Assembly: GCA_038087875.1 (NCBI GenBank)
Contig: CM075988.1
Span: 18,354,001 to 18,418,000 of the forward strand
Origin: Malacoraja senta
Taxonomy: Eukaryota
Direction: 5' to 3'
Length of the DNA stretch: 64,000 nucleotides
Below are positions 36,946-49,701 of the stretch, in pieces. Below the pieces are notes generated by a model. The model searched no databases, had not been told where the DNA came from, and saw only the letters and a list, made by a program, of their open reading frames with translations. Positions within the stretch are counted from its first letter, which is position 1. Each line of letters opens with the position of its first letter. The position numbers were made by a program, and so were the translations under genes.

Positions 36946-37554
36946 TCAACAATTGTTGCTGCCTTTAACCCTGGTGCGGTACTGGACACAATACCACTCC
37001 ATTATTGTATGTTATTCCTCAACTTGCTATATCCGAGATTCCTCGTTAAACTCGTTTTGGAGATTTCACACTTTGTATCCGTTGTTGCTACAACAGCCAG
37101 CTTCTGTTTACTCCCAGCACAGCTGTAAATCCTGACCACATCACAAGGTAACCTTACTGAACCCAACCAATTGGAGCCCCCAAATTCAACGTTCTTCCTG
37201 AGCGACTGATGGAAGGACATACTACAGGGTGGCTGGGTACCCATTTACAGAAAGAGCATCCACTCTCGGCCCTGTTCGAAATAAGGACGGAGGGACAATG
37301 GGAGAATTAATCAAAGGTTTCCTCTGGGTACCAGTGATGTACTCTCCACAGCTACACAGCACCATAGGTGATGGGAACCAAGCCTCTCTATTAAATATCC
37401 TTCACTGATGTGGATACTCAGTATCCCAGAGCATAAACATCATAAAAATCACTTGAAGCCATCAGCCTAACCTGGTCTCGATCAGGAGATTCTGGGTCTG
37501 TACTGTAATAATACTGAAGCAACAAGCGATGGTGATAAAACTTGTTGGAGGCAT

Positions 37555-37760
37555 AGTGCTGGAGTAACTCAACTGGTCAGGCAGCATCTCTGGAGAACAT
37601 GGATAGATGACGTTTCACAGAGTACTGGAGTAACTGCAAATCAGGCAGCATCTCTGGAGAACATGGATAGATGACGTTTCACAGAGTACTGGAGTAGCTC
37701 AACGGGTCAGATCATTTCTGGAGAACTGGGATCGGTGACGTTTTGAGTCTGCACCCTTCT
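37555..37760 (-). repeat. Triple tandem of the same internal pLTR segment as 10101-10360
   Basis: AGT(G/A)CTGGAGTA...CTGGAGAAC...GACGTTT repeated three times with the junction TTTCACAGAGT. Confidence 0.8.
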
Positions 37761-40224
37761 GGTGATGGTGATAAGTGTTTTCTGTGTTGTCCACAGCCAA
37801 TGGAAACTGTTGCATATCCATCCTTGACAGGTTGAAATTGTAAAATCTCCCATAAAAATTTGGACAATTGCTAAAATTATGAGCAGCGTGTATTTTGGCA
37901 GTTAAGAGAAATGTTGTTGGAACATTATAAGTTCACAAGTTATAGAAGCAGAATTAGTCCATTCGGCCCATCGAGTCTACTGCACCATTCAATCATGGTT
38001 GCTCTATCTTTCCCTCTTAACCCCATTCTCCTACCTTCACCCCATTACCCCTGACACACGTACTAATCAAGAATCTATCATTTCTTGAGATCAAGAAAAT
38101 GAGCCTCAAGTGAACAGTGTTTCCAGTATCCCAACATTAACAGTCATGAATAATTATAGGAGAGTTCCCCTGCAAGAAATGGAAACCAGTTTGTGTTATA
38201 CAATCGATCAGATTCAAACTTGAGAGAGTGAGAATTGATCAAATGTTCTCTCTTCCCACTAGTACACTGGTCTCCAGATCCATACTGAATACACCTGGCA
38301 ACTGGGAAACAGATTTTTCCATATTGAAACATTGATTGAGTAAAAGCAGGTCCTGCAATACTCTACAGAACAGGTCCTTTGGCCCATCACGTCCACGCCG
38401 ACCATTGTTCACCTGCTTACACTAGTTCTATGTTGTCCCACTTTCCTGTCCACTCTCTACACACCAGAGGCAATTTACAGAGGGCCAATTAACCTACAAA
38501 CCCACACGTCTTTGTGATGTGAGAACAAACCAGAGCACCCAGAGAAAACCCTTGCGTTCAGAGAGAACGTGCAAACTCCACACGGACAGTACCTGAGGTC
38601 AGGATTGAACCCTGGTCCCTGGCGATGTGAGGTAGCAGCTCTACCCGCTGCACCATGCTTAAACATTCTCTGCCTTATAGGTTTTCGAGTGCTGTACAGA
38701 CAGGTGAGTTCTCAAATAAACAATTACGCACATAATCTCCCAAAGGACAGTAAAAGCTCCCTATCACTTCAGTAAAAATAAATAATCAAATCCGTAGATA
38801 AAATATAAATGCTGAAATTGCAGTGTATATTGGCAATGCAACATGTTGGGGTGAAGATGGTATCTTTTGCAGAGCTTAGAAAGTCCAAGTATATTTGTTG
38901 TGGCCATCAGTTGCTCTCCACTGGGTATTGTGGAGGAATATATCCTCGTTAATCTAGTGCAGATTGCTGTGTAAACCTGCAACAATGTCAAACATCGAAC
39001 ACCCTTCCAGTGAAGGTCCAACAATACTCCGCTATCAGCTTACCACAGTAACTCACAGGGGACTCCATGCCGTGCATGAACCATCACAGAAAGCAATGCC
39101 AAGAGTTTCATTTCAGCTGCTTATCAGCTTTTATTTTATCACTTTCCCAATGAAAGATAAATACTTCCTCCCGCAAATCAGCTTAGCTACGATGAGAAGG
39201 AGAACCTGTCTTCTATGAAGTTTGGGGAAACTATTTCTAATCTCTTACGTCGACGGAGAAGCAATTTTTTAACGTATCGCATCGCCGACTGTACTGCGGC
39301 CTAACATTGAGGAGTTGGCGGCCTCTGCTGGGGACCGACCTCGCGAGCTCTACCACGGGGGGCCTGCGGACTTTAACATCGTGGAGCTTGCGGCCTCTGG
39401 TCAGAGACCGACATCGGGAACTGGTGACGTTTTGGTCTCGACCCGAAACGTCAGCCATTCCTTCTCTCCAGAGATGCTGCCTGTCCCGCTGAGTTACTCT
39501 GGCATTTTGTGTCTATCTTTGGTTCAACACAGAACCAGCTGCAGATGCTGAAAGCCAAACTGAAGTCAAGTCCAAAAACAAAAGTCTATGTTTCGAGAAA
39601 CTTTTGAAGCAACTCCCAGTGATCAGACTTACGGCAGCCTAACCCCCCTGGTGGGATCGGGGTCATAGAGTCAGTGATCTGTACAGCATGGAAATCTCCT
39701 CATGATTTTATACACCTCACCTGAGCCTCCTGCAGGCCAAGGAAGGAAGTCCTAGCCTGTCCATCCTCTGCCAACAGCCAGGCAGCATCAGACTGTCCAG
39801 GGGTAGGGTCCTGAGCCGCAGGTCCTGCTGTCTGCCCCTTTCCCTCCACAGATGCTGCCTGACCCGCTGCGTTCCCCCAGCTGCCCTCCATTTTTGCTGC
39901 AGGTTCTAGCAGTCTCACGTCACGTGCCTCCAAAGGATCAGTTCAGTTGTTCCACAACCACCACGGGCCTGGTGAATGGATCAGCAGCAGAACTAGCAGA
40001 GAGCAAAATATCCTCTCATAATTAGTGGAAAAACACACACTAATTATGAGCTGGGTTCAAATCTTGGAGAACCGTTCATGAGATCAAGGGTGTCTATGCA
40101 AACTAAAGGAAATGTTCACATTGGCTCATTTTGCAGAACATGCCAAGAATCTTGGTCTTCGCTAAACTAGCTCCAAACGACGCAGAAGGGGGAGCTGAGA
40201 TTCCCCCCCCCCCCCCCCCCCCCC

Positions 40225-40530
40225 CGATGCAGGAGCTTGATCGTCCCGACGCGAGGGCCCAAACGCCTCTGGCTACGAGAGCCAACCTCGCCCTGTCAAC
40301 AGAAGGCTCGAGGCCCCCGATCGCGGGAGAACAAGGAAGGGAAGAGATTGAACTTTTTTTCGCCTTCCATCACAGTGAGGAATGTGGAGGAGTCACTGTG
40401 GTGGATGTTCATGTTAAAATGTATTTTGTGTGTTCTGTTGCTTTTTATTGGTATGACTACGGCAAATCAAATTCCTCGTACGTTGCAAAACATACCTGGC
40501 TAATAAAGTATGATTATGATGAGTATGATT
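40225..40530 (+). mobile_element. Unclassified retroposon 3' region
   Basis: GC-rich body, then AT-rich UTR ending AATAAAG(TATGAT)n. Confidence 0.45.
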
Positions 40531-40985
40531 AGAGTATTGTGTTCTGGGCACCATGTTATTGGAAAGATGTTGTCAAGCTGGAAAGGGTGCAGAGAAGATT
40601 TACAAGGATGTTGCCAGGACTTGAGGAGTTGAGCTACCGGGAGAGGTTGAGCAGGTTCTGACTATATTCCTTGGATGAGGGGTGATCTTGTAGAGGTGTA
40701 CAAAATCAGGAGAGGAATAGATAGGGTCTCTTGCCCAGCGTAAGGGAATCGAGAACGAGAGGACATAGGTTTAAGGTGATGGGGAAAGACTTAATATGAA
40801 CACTTTTCACACAAAGAGTGGTGAATGTAAAGAACGGGCTGCCGGAATAGGTAGTTGATTCTATCAAAACGTTTAAGAAACATTCAGACAGGTACATGGG
40901 TAAGACAAATTTAGAGGGATATGGGCCAAATGCAGACAGGTGGGACTAGTGTAGATGGGGCATGTTGGCCGATGTGGGCAAGCTG
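40531..40985 (+). mobile_element. CR1 LINE ORF2 3' part and UTR, degraded
   Basis: FWAPCYWKDVVKLERVQRRFTRMLPGLEELSYRERLSR-like frame. Confidence 0.85.
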
Positions 40986-41482
40986 AAGCAATTGTAGCAA
41001 ATCTTTAATGAGTTAAAGAAAATATTAAAATAATGAATGCATGAAGTTAGTGAATGTAAAATAAAGACTGATACTGGGAAAATATGTTTGCTTTTGGAAA
41101 GAGCACCTGGGGTTCTTGGAAGAGCAGCGTTGCAGTGGTCTGAACCATGTTCACCCACACAATACCGTGTGCATGACTGGCAACGATTTTGCCACTAATT
41201 AGTTATTCCCCACTGGCTCCAGCCGTCTCCTTGCCAACCCTGGTGCTGCATCGATTGTCCACGTGTGTGACATTGCATCTGACAGATGTCACCAAGGTAT
41301 CACACTCGCCATTCCCTCTTCCCGCTTCTGCCTGTTGGGCGAAGGTGCGGGCGGGAGCCTGAAAGTTTGGAAGAACATTTTTTTTCCCCCCATAGCTATC
41401 AGACTCCTGAACCATTCATAGATAGACACAAAGTGCTGGAGTAACTCGGCGGGTCAGGCAGCATCTCAGGAGTAACGGAATA

Positions 41483-41514
41483 GGTGACGTTTCCGGTCGA
41501 GACCCTTCATCAGA
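41483..41514 (-). ncRNA. Hammerhead motif variant with canonical CUGAUGA box
   Basis: Minus strand TCTGATGAAGGGTCTCGACCGGAAACGTCACC. Confidence 0.5.
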
Positions 41515-41678
41515 TTCCACCCGAATCCCGACCAGAAATCTGCCACCTCCACACAGTCTGGCCACAGGAGACTCCACAAACTAGCCCAACGAGCCACTCC
41601 GCTCCTCCAGCACATTGTTTTTCGCTCACGATTACGCACACGTTCCTTGCGTCTCTGGGTACACGTACGAGGCCTTTA

Positions 41679-41903
41679 GATAGACACAAAAAGCTGGAGT
41701 ATCTCAGCAGGACAGGCAGCATCTGTGGAGAGAAGGAATGGGTGACGTTTCGGGTTGAGACCCTTCTGCGGACTGTTTCTTCAGTCTCAACCCGAAACGT
41801 CACCCATTCCTTCTCTCCACAGGTGCTGCCTGTCCCGCTGAGTTACTCCAGCTTTTTGTGTCTATCTTCGATTTAATCCAGCATCTACAGTTCCTTCCTA
41901 TAC
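41679..41903. mobile_element. Penelope pLTR inverted dimer with variants shared by both arms
   Basis: Both arms read GTCTCAACCC and CTCCACAG, versus the usual GTCTCGACCC and CTCCAGAG. Confidence 0.8.
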
Positions 41904-42674
41904 AAGGCCTTTAGCCTCCAAGCCGGGCCTCTGTTCCTCCCCATCCTAGTCGTCCTGCTAGTTTCACTGTTCGTATCTCTTCGCTGTCACCTCTTCCACA
42001 GCCAACAACGGACCATTGTGGGCTCCTGGGCCATTGGTGCCGGCTCTGATTTGTCCTGTATCTTTTCACTAGCATCACTCTCCCCTGGCTTTCAGTCCGG
42101 AGAAGGGGCTCGACCCGAAACTTCATCCATTCCTTGTCTCCAGAGATGCTGCCTGACCCGCTGAGTTACTCCAGCATTTTTGCCTATCTTCGGTGTAAAC
42201 CAGCATCTGCAGTTCCCCCCTACATCCTGAACCACTCACCTGTTTCACACCACCTTCCTGTAGGGGCTCTGTTTAAAATTTGTTTGCTCTACTCAGATTT
42301 CGCACTAAAGTCGTGCACCATTTTACTCCGATGTCATTGTATTTATTGCTCTGCTTTACCATGACTAAGTACACTGTTTACTCTGTGACCTTCATGTGAA
42401 CAAGGAATTTCACTACACCCTGGCTTACATGACAATAAACTATTCTGAAGAGAGTTGTGAATTTGTGGAATTCTCTGCCACAGAAGGCATTGGAGGCCGA
42501 TTCACTGGATTAATTTAAAAGAGACTTAGATAGAGCTCTAGGGGCTAGCGGAATCAAGGAGGCAGGCACGGGTTACTGATTGTGGATGATCAGCCATGAT
42601 CACAATGTATGGCGGTGCTGGCTCGAAGGGTCGAATGGCCTACTCCTGCACCTAGTTTCTATGTTTCTATAGAC

Positions 42675-43069
42675 CAGGCATGGAAATCGCAGTCAAAACA
42701 TGTGGGGGACACAATTTCTTGCGGCCGCAGCGTGCATGCGCATACACACGTGCACGCAAGGCTTCGGCCGTGGGCAACAGCAGCTTCGTCCACCCTGCAT
42801 GTGGGGCTTGAATCGGCCTGTTGACGGGGTCTTTCTTCGGCCGGCGGGGGCTTCAACATCGGGAGCCTCGATCGCCTCGATGCAGTAGCTTGATTTTAAG
42901 CCGCGCTGGGCGCTGAAAGGCCCCGCGAACGGGCCAATTCTGCCCTTAGAAAGCGGCTAATAAAGTCCGGATTACAAAACATGGGGGGGGGGATCGTCCC
43001 CCACCTCTCAAAGCAGGGGGTGGGGGGCGCGTGTTCCCCCTGTCCCCCCCGGGATTTCCGCCCCCCCTG
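42675..43069. mobile_element. hAT MITE with 8-bp TSD
   Basis: CTATAGAC on both flanks (42667-42674, 43070-43077); imperfect TIRs CAGGCATGGAAATC / GATTTCCGCCCCCCCTG. Confidence 0.8.
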
Positions 43070-43863
43070 CTATAGACACAAAAGGCTGGAGTAACTCAGC
43101 GGGTCAGGCAGCATCTCTGAAGAAAAGGAATAGGTGACGTTTTGGGTCAAGACCCTTCTTCAGAGTCTGTGCCGCTGAGTTCACCCAGCTTTTTGTGTCT
43201 ATCTTCAGTTTAAACCAGCATCTGCAGTTCCTTCCTACACAATAAACTATTCAGAATCTGAGTCAAAAATGTTGGCGTAAAATCCAAAACACTGATGTTC
43301 AAAACCAAAACTTTCCACCCAGATATTGGGCAGGATTTTAAGCAAAGGAGTTCTGAATGGATGCAGAGCCCCAGGTAGAGGTTGCCTTTCTCTTTACTGC
43401 ATGTAAGCTGTTTACTCTGTGAGCTTCCAGTGCACAAGGAAATTCATTGCACCCTGGTGTAATTGAAAATAAATTAATCGGAATCAATGACCCTCACTTC
43501 AGTGAACTTTATTCTGGTTTCCCTTTCAAGGATAACACACAAGTGTGTCTTTTCAAAGAAAGAGTGGGTGGTGGTGATGGCAGCAAAGTGCTGGTTGTCA
43601 TAGGGAATAAATCTCATTGTACTGAATACAGCATAACCTTGAAGCACAGCTAATAAACAGCTACCACACATGAGAAACCGTGTTGTGCAACAGGTGGCAG
43701 AATGGCGCAGCGGTAGAGTTGCTGCCTTACAGCGCCGCCGGGTTCGACCCTGTCTACGAGTGCTGTGTGTACATTCGTGACCGCGTGGGTTTTCTCCGGG
43801 TGCTCCGGTTTCCTCCCACACTCCAAAGACGTGCAGGCTTGTAGGTTAATTGGCTTCGGTAAA

Positions 43864-44063
43864 TTTTCTACACTTTTCTACACTTGCACTTTTTCCTTCA
43901 CTTTCTTCTTTCTTTCAATCTTTTCTTTTTCTAGTGTAAAAAAATAAATAAAGGGAGTACATTAATTGTAAAAAGATATAAATGACGAGTATTAATGTAT
44001 GTGGTTGTAATGTAATGTACTTCTAATAAATAAAAATTAAAAAAAAAAAATTAAAAAAAAAAA
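43864..44063 (+). mobile_element. L1/Tx1-like AT-rich 3' tail with poly(A), inserted in a V-SINE (43692-44170)
   Basis: ACTTCTAATAAA followed by a long A-run; SINE colinear on both sides. Confidence 0.65.
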
Positions 44064-45899
44064 GTTGTAAAACTGTCCCCAGTGTGTGCAGGTTATATGT
44101 GCCCTGGTGCACTATCGCTGGTCGGCGTGGACTCAGTGGGCCGAAGGGCCTCTTTCCACACTGCATCTCAACAGCCTCTACGCTTCCCAACTAACTCATT
44201 TTGCACGTTAACAATGCCCCAAGTATATTAAATGATGTGATGGTACATTCAGTCAGAATCTTTTTCCCAGCGTGGAAATGTCAAAGACTAGAGGGTATCG
44301 TTTTAAGGTCAGAAAGCAAAAGTTTATAGGAGATGTGGGGGACAAATCTTCTTACACAGAGAGTGGCGGAGGCAGACACAAAACTGGCATTTAAGAGGTT
44401 CAAGAGACTTTTAGATGGATATGCAGGGAATGGAGGGATATGGATCGCTGGCAGGCAGAGGAAATTGGTTGAACGTGGCACCATGTTTGGCAGGGACATT
44501 GTAAGCTGTCTGGTCCTGCACTGGACTGTTAGTGTTCTTTGTTCTAAATGCCTGGAGTTGGGGAAAAGGTCACCAAAGTTCATGTGTAGAAGATGCAGAG
44601 AAGATCACCACATGATCATCACCCCGTTCTCTCGCCTCGAAGCCCAACCTCTCAGCTAGAGGGACATAAGTACAGTCATCACCATACCCGAGCTTCACAG
44701 AGTGACTGCTGGATAAATTATTACCAGTCTGAAGAAGGGCCTTGACCTGAAACGTCACCTATTCCTTCTCTCCAGAGATGCTGCCTGACCCGCATCTGTG
44801 TCTATCTTTGGTGTAAACCAGCATCTGCAGTTCCTCCATACACAAATTATTACCGCTATTGGGGTCGTGACACATTTAAAAAAACGTTTGAGGCACTCGT
44901 TAATTTAGTTTAGTTCAGTTTAAAGATACGGTGCGGAAACAGGCCCTTCGCAAATCGAGTCCGTGTTGACCAGCGATCCTCACGCGCTAACACTCTCCTA
45001 CACACACTGGGGGCAACTTACAATGTTTAATGAGGCCAATTAACTTACAAACCTGCACGTCATTGGAATGTTGGGGGAAACCGGAGCACCTGGGCGCTCA
45101 AAGGGAGAACGTACAAACTCCCTACAGACAGCAGTCAGGATCGAACCCGGGTCTCTGGCGCTGTAAGGCAGCAACTCTACCGCTGCGCCAACGTACGGCC
45201 GTTTCAATAGCTTTCTGCATTCCAACACTGAGACCAACATCACACCAACATCTAATATCCCCCACTGGAAGGATCGATGATGGCTTTAAGGTATTGTAAC
45301 ACTGAAACAAAGAGGAGGCACGGCAGCGAAATAGTAGAGCTACTGCCTCACAGCACCAGAGACCTGGCTTCGATCCTGACTATGGGATCCATACGTTCTC
45401 CCTGTGGCCGCGTGGGTTTTCTCCGGATGCTCTGGTTTCCTCCCACATCCCAAAGACGTGCGGGATTGCAGGTTAATTGGCCCTCTGTAAATTGCCCCTG
45501 TATGTAGGAAGTGGATGAGTAAGTGGGATACCACAGGACTACCGCGAACAAGTGATTCATGGTCGGCGCTGACTCAACGGGCCGAAGGGCCTGTTTCTGT
45601 GCTGAATCCCCAAATTCTGGGATCAGGATGTAAGTCACACACCAGATGGAGTTTGAAAAATACTCCAGGCAGCAGAAATGTGAAATAAATGGAGAGAGAG
45701 TTCTGGAAACATTAACGCAGAACGGGCAGCAGTTCTGGAGAGAAACAGATAACATTTCCTCAAAATGAAGAAACGAGATGTTTGTGACCATTGCAGCCCA
45801 CATTTCTGGGAAGCAGACGTATTCCAGATATGGCAATGGACACTGGTTTAATCTGTACACTGGATTACAATTCAAGGACACCGCTGCTGAACAAACATC

Positions 45900-46185
45900 A
45901 GTTCATCGTTCATAAATTGTAGCAGCATTAGGCCATTCGGCCCATCAGGTCTACTCCACCATTCAATCATGGCTGATCTACCTTTCCCTCTCAACCCCAT
46001 TCTCCTGCCTTTGCCTCATAACCCCAAACACCCAGACAGATTCTTGATTAGTAGGGGTGTCAGGAGTTTATGGGGGGAAGGCAGGAGAATGGGGTTGAGA
46101 GGGCAAGATAGATCAGCCATGATTAACTAGCGGAGTAGACGTTGATGGGCCGAATGACCTAATTCTGCTCCTAGAAGTTATGAAC
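45900..46185. mobile_element. CR1 3' UTR inverted pair
   Basis: Minus tail 45900-46035 abutting plus tail 46036-46185. Confidence 0.75.
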
Positions 46186-46332
46186 GCCCGTACTCATCAA
46201 TATTAACACATGATGTTATGCTGGACTGCAGATGTCACCTGCCCATCCCCTCCACAGACACTGCCTGACTGGCGGAGTTCCTCCAGCACTTTGCGTTTTG
46301 CCAAAGGTTCAGCATCTGCGGTTCCTTGTTCA

Positions 46333-46648
46333 GTTTAGTTTATGTTAGAGATACAGCGTGGAAACAGGCCCTTCGGCCCACCGAGTCCGCGCCGACCAGC
46401 GATCCCCGCACATTAACACCACCCTACACACACTAGCGACAATTTACATTTACACCAAGCCAATTAACCTACAAACCTGTAGGTCTTTGGAGCGTGGGAG
46501 GAAACCGAAGATCTCGGGGGAAAACCCATACAGGTCACGGGGAGAACGTACAAACTCTGTACAGACAGCACCCGTTGTCGGGATCGAACCCTGGTCTCTG
46601 CCGCTGAAAGCGCTCTAAGGCAGCAACTCTACCGCTGCTCCACCGTGT
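46333..46648 (-). mobile_element. V-SINE, full length
   Basis: Complete SINE on the minus strand. Confidence 0.85.
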
Positions 46649-47320
46649 TCCCTGATATACTGGCCCACGGCTCAGAGAGGTCAGTGGTCGATTTGTCTTT
46701 GGCCTCTTGTGGTAAATGTCTGATAAAGCTGCACATGCAGGTGCACCAAGCCTCCAAATGTGATCCCAATGTGCAGGCAAATTCCCCCAGTGCAATACAG
46801 TATGTTTTACACCCCAACCCCCTCACCCCACCTCTTAACTAGAGTCTTTGCGTTCAGTCAAATGCACGGATGCAGTGATGCCAGTGAAGCTCTCTGCATT
46901 TATCCCGGACTGCCTCGTGAAGGAATGTCAGATATCATCAGTGATAGATCTGGTGATTTGAGGTTAGTTTGGGGGAGGTTTTTAAAATTGCTAGCTTTCA
47001 AATAGCATCCAGCCCAGTTACTCCTGAAAGGCTCCCGTGAATTCTCTTCTCTGCTTGAATGCTTCGCACTTGAAGTGATTGCTCAGACGCAGAGCCTTTT
47101 GAAGATTTGTGCTGCCCTGCAGTCGGCTGCAGAATGTCGATGGTATTTTATTAACTCTTCACAACAGCCAAAGGAAAGCAACGAAAATCACTGCTCCCAA
47201 CCATCTGTTTTGGGTTGCTCTGACTGGCCCCCATCCGCCAGCACCCTTCCCTCTCCACATGCAGAGGGAAATTAGCCAGATGATGATCCATTTCCTCGAC
47301 GGACGCTGCCCGACCCACTG

Positions 47321-47932
47321 AGTTTAGTTCAGTTTAGAGATACAGCGCGGAAACATGCCCGTCGGCCCAGCAGGTCCGCGCCGACCAACACTATCCTACA
47401 CATACTAGGGACAATTTACATTAGATTACATTACACTAGGGTCAATTAACCTACAAGCCTGTACGTCTTTGGAGTGTGGGAGGAAACCCATGTAGTCACA
47501 GGGAGAACGTACAAACTCCGGGTCTCTGGCGCTGTAAGGCAGCAACTCTACCGCTGCGCCACCGTGCCACCCCTAAGTTCCTCAGGCACTTTGATTTTTG
47601 ATCAAGATCCGCGGTCTAATGGGCGGTCACGGTGGCGCAGCGGTAGAGTTGCTGCCTTACAGCGAATGCAGAGCCGGAGACCCGGGTTCGATCCTGACTA
47701 CGAGTGCTGTCTGTACGGAGTTTGTACGTTCTCCCCGTGACCTGCGTGGGTTTTCTCCCAGATCTTCAGTTTCCTCTCACACTCCAAAGACGTACAGGTT
47801 AATTTGGCTTAGTAAATGTAAAAATTGTCCCTAGTGTGTGTAGGATTCTGTCAATGTGCGGGGATCGCTGGTCGGCGCGGACTCGGTAGGCCGAAGGGCC
47901 TGTTTCCGCGCAGTATCTCTACACTAAACTAA
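47321..47932. mobile_element. Divergent V-SINE pair (47321-47572 minus; 47621-47932 plus)
   Basis: Both SINEs sit within fragments of an older pLTR-like copy. Confidence 0.8.
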
Positions 47933-47974
47933 TCCCAGCATCTGCAGTTTCTTGCGTCACCGTCACGAAGGGCT

Positions 47975-48272
47975 CCGAGAGGTGATGATGGGGCACATTA
48001 CATCCAGTCCCTCATCCAGCCTGATTCACTGCCCTTTGCCTCCTATCACAACAGGACCTCAGCAGATGCCGTCTCTCTGGCCCCACACTCAGTGCCCGAG
48101 CATCTACATAACAAGGACACCTGCTTCAAACTCCTAGTTATTGGCTGCAGTTCTGCCTTCAACACCATAATCCCATCTAAACATCCCCAAGCTCTTATGC
48201 CTGGAGTCAGCATCCCCCCCCCCCTCCCCGCCCCCTCATCTGCCACTGGATCCTCGACCCATCAACCACAAT
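47975..48272 (+). pseudogene. Degraded reverse transcriptase fragment, Rex1/Babar type
   Basis: ...FASYHNRTSADAVSLAPHSVPEHLHNKDTCFKLLVIGCSSAFNTIIPSK...ICHWILD, resembling the QFAY..RST.DA...LF.D.SSAFNTI RT motif. Confidence 0.75.
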
Positions 48273-49239
48273 AAGGGGCGGCACGGTGGAGCAGCGCCGA
48301 AGTTGTTGCCATTCAGCGCCAGAGACCCTGGTTCGATCCTGACCACGGTTTCCCTGTGACCGTGTGTGTTTTCTCCGGGTGCTCCGTCCGGTATCCTCCC
48401 ACACTCCAAAGACCGACAGGTTTTGGGGCTAATTGGCTTTGGTGGAGATTGTACGATTGTTAGGCAGCATCTGTGGAGGGAATGGACAGGTGGCGTTTCA
48501 AGTTGGGACCCTTCTTCAGACTGAATCTGAAGAAATAGTGTCCGAAGAAGGGTCCCAAACTCAAACGCTGCCCATCCATTTCCCCGTCCAGACGAGTTCC
48601 CCCAGCACTTTGTTTTTTTGATCAAGATTCCAGCATCTGCATTTCCTTGCGCCCCACTGAAGAAAAGTAACCGCACTTCACAGAATGATTATTGCAGAGG
48701 TGCAGATAGCCAGCAAGGAAAGATGTCATCGTACTTGGGCTGACCCACGTCCAATTGAATGATGACTCAGAGCCCTCTGGTGAGACCCAGACTACCACTC
48801 ATTGCAAGGCCAATTCATGCGCTCCAAAGGACACCCATAACCCACAAAGGAATTATAGTGCCCATGTGTTATAAATGAAACTACTTTCTCATCAATGAGA
48901 AACAGAGGCTTATCTTGTGAACAAGGAGTATCATGTTTTAGCATTTAGTTGGAATAAAGGCAAAGCCAATGCACATATTGTGTCCTTTATTCAGTTTGAT
49001 AATGAAAGACTCCGAAGTCCATTTCCTCGAATACAAGCAGCTTATTGTCACGCACTGAACAGAATGGAAAAAATCTGGATTCCGACTGCATTGATAAAGG
49101 GCATTCTGAAAATATTATCTACTCAAAATTCAAAGTTGCTTAATCAGAACATTGTCAACACCGCATTCCTCTTCTGTGCTGTAATTCACGTTTTGCAATT
49201 ATAATTATTGGATAATGTCTGAAAGGGATGTTTTGACGT

Positions 49240-49372
49240 TTGGTGTAGATGAACTTTGGCAGGGCCTTTGACAAGATCCCACATGGTAGGCTGGTCACAG
49301 AGGTTAAAGTACTCAGGAACTGGGCTTGATGCCAAATTGGACCCAGCACTGGTTTGGGGATAGGAGGTAGAG
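49240..49372 (+). pseudogene. CR1 RT fragment
   Basis: MNFGRAFDKIPHGRLVTEVK, resembling DFSKAFDKVPH.RL. Confidence 0.7.
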
Positions 49373-49376
49373 GAGA

Positions 49377-49701
49377 GTTTAGTTTAGCTTAGTGTAGTTT
49401 AGAGATACAGCGCGGAAACAGGCCCTTCGGCCCACCAAGTACGCACCGACCAGCGATCCCTGCACTTTAACACTTTCCTACACACACTATGGGCAATTTT
49501 TTTTATTTACACCAAGCCAATTAACCTACAAACCTGTAAGTCTTCGGAGTGTGGGAGGAAAGTAGAACACCCGGAGAAAACCCACGCAGATGACGGGGAG
49601 AACGTACAAACTCTGTACAGACAGCACCTTATAGTCAGGATCGAACCCGGGTCTCTAGCGCTGTAAGGCAGCAACTCTACCGCTGCGCCACCGTGCCGCC
49701 C
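49377..49701 (-). mobile_element. V-SINE, full length, low divergence
   Basis: Complete head with intact A/B boxes. Confidence 0.9.
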
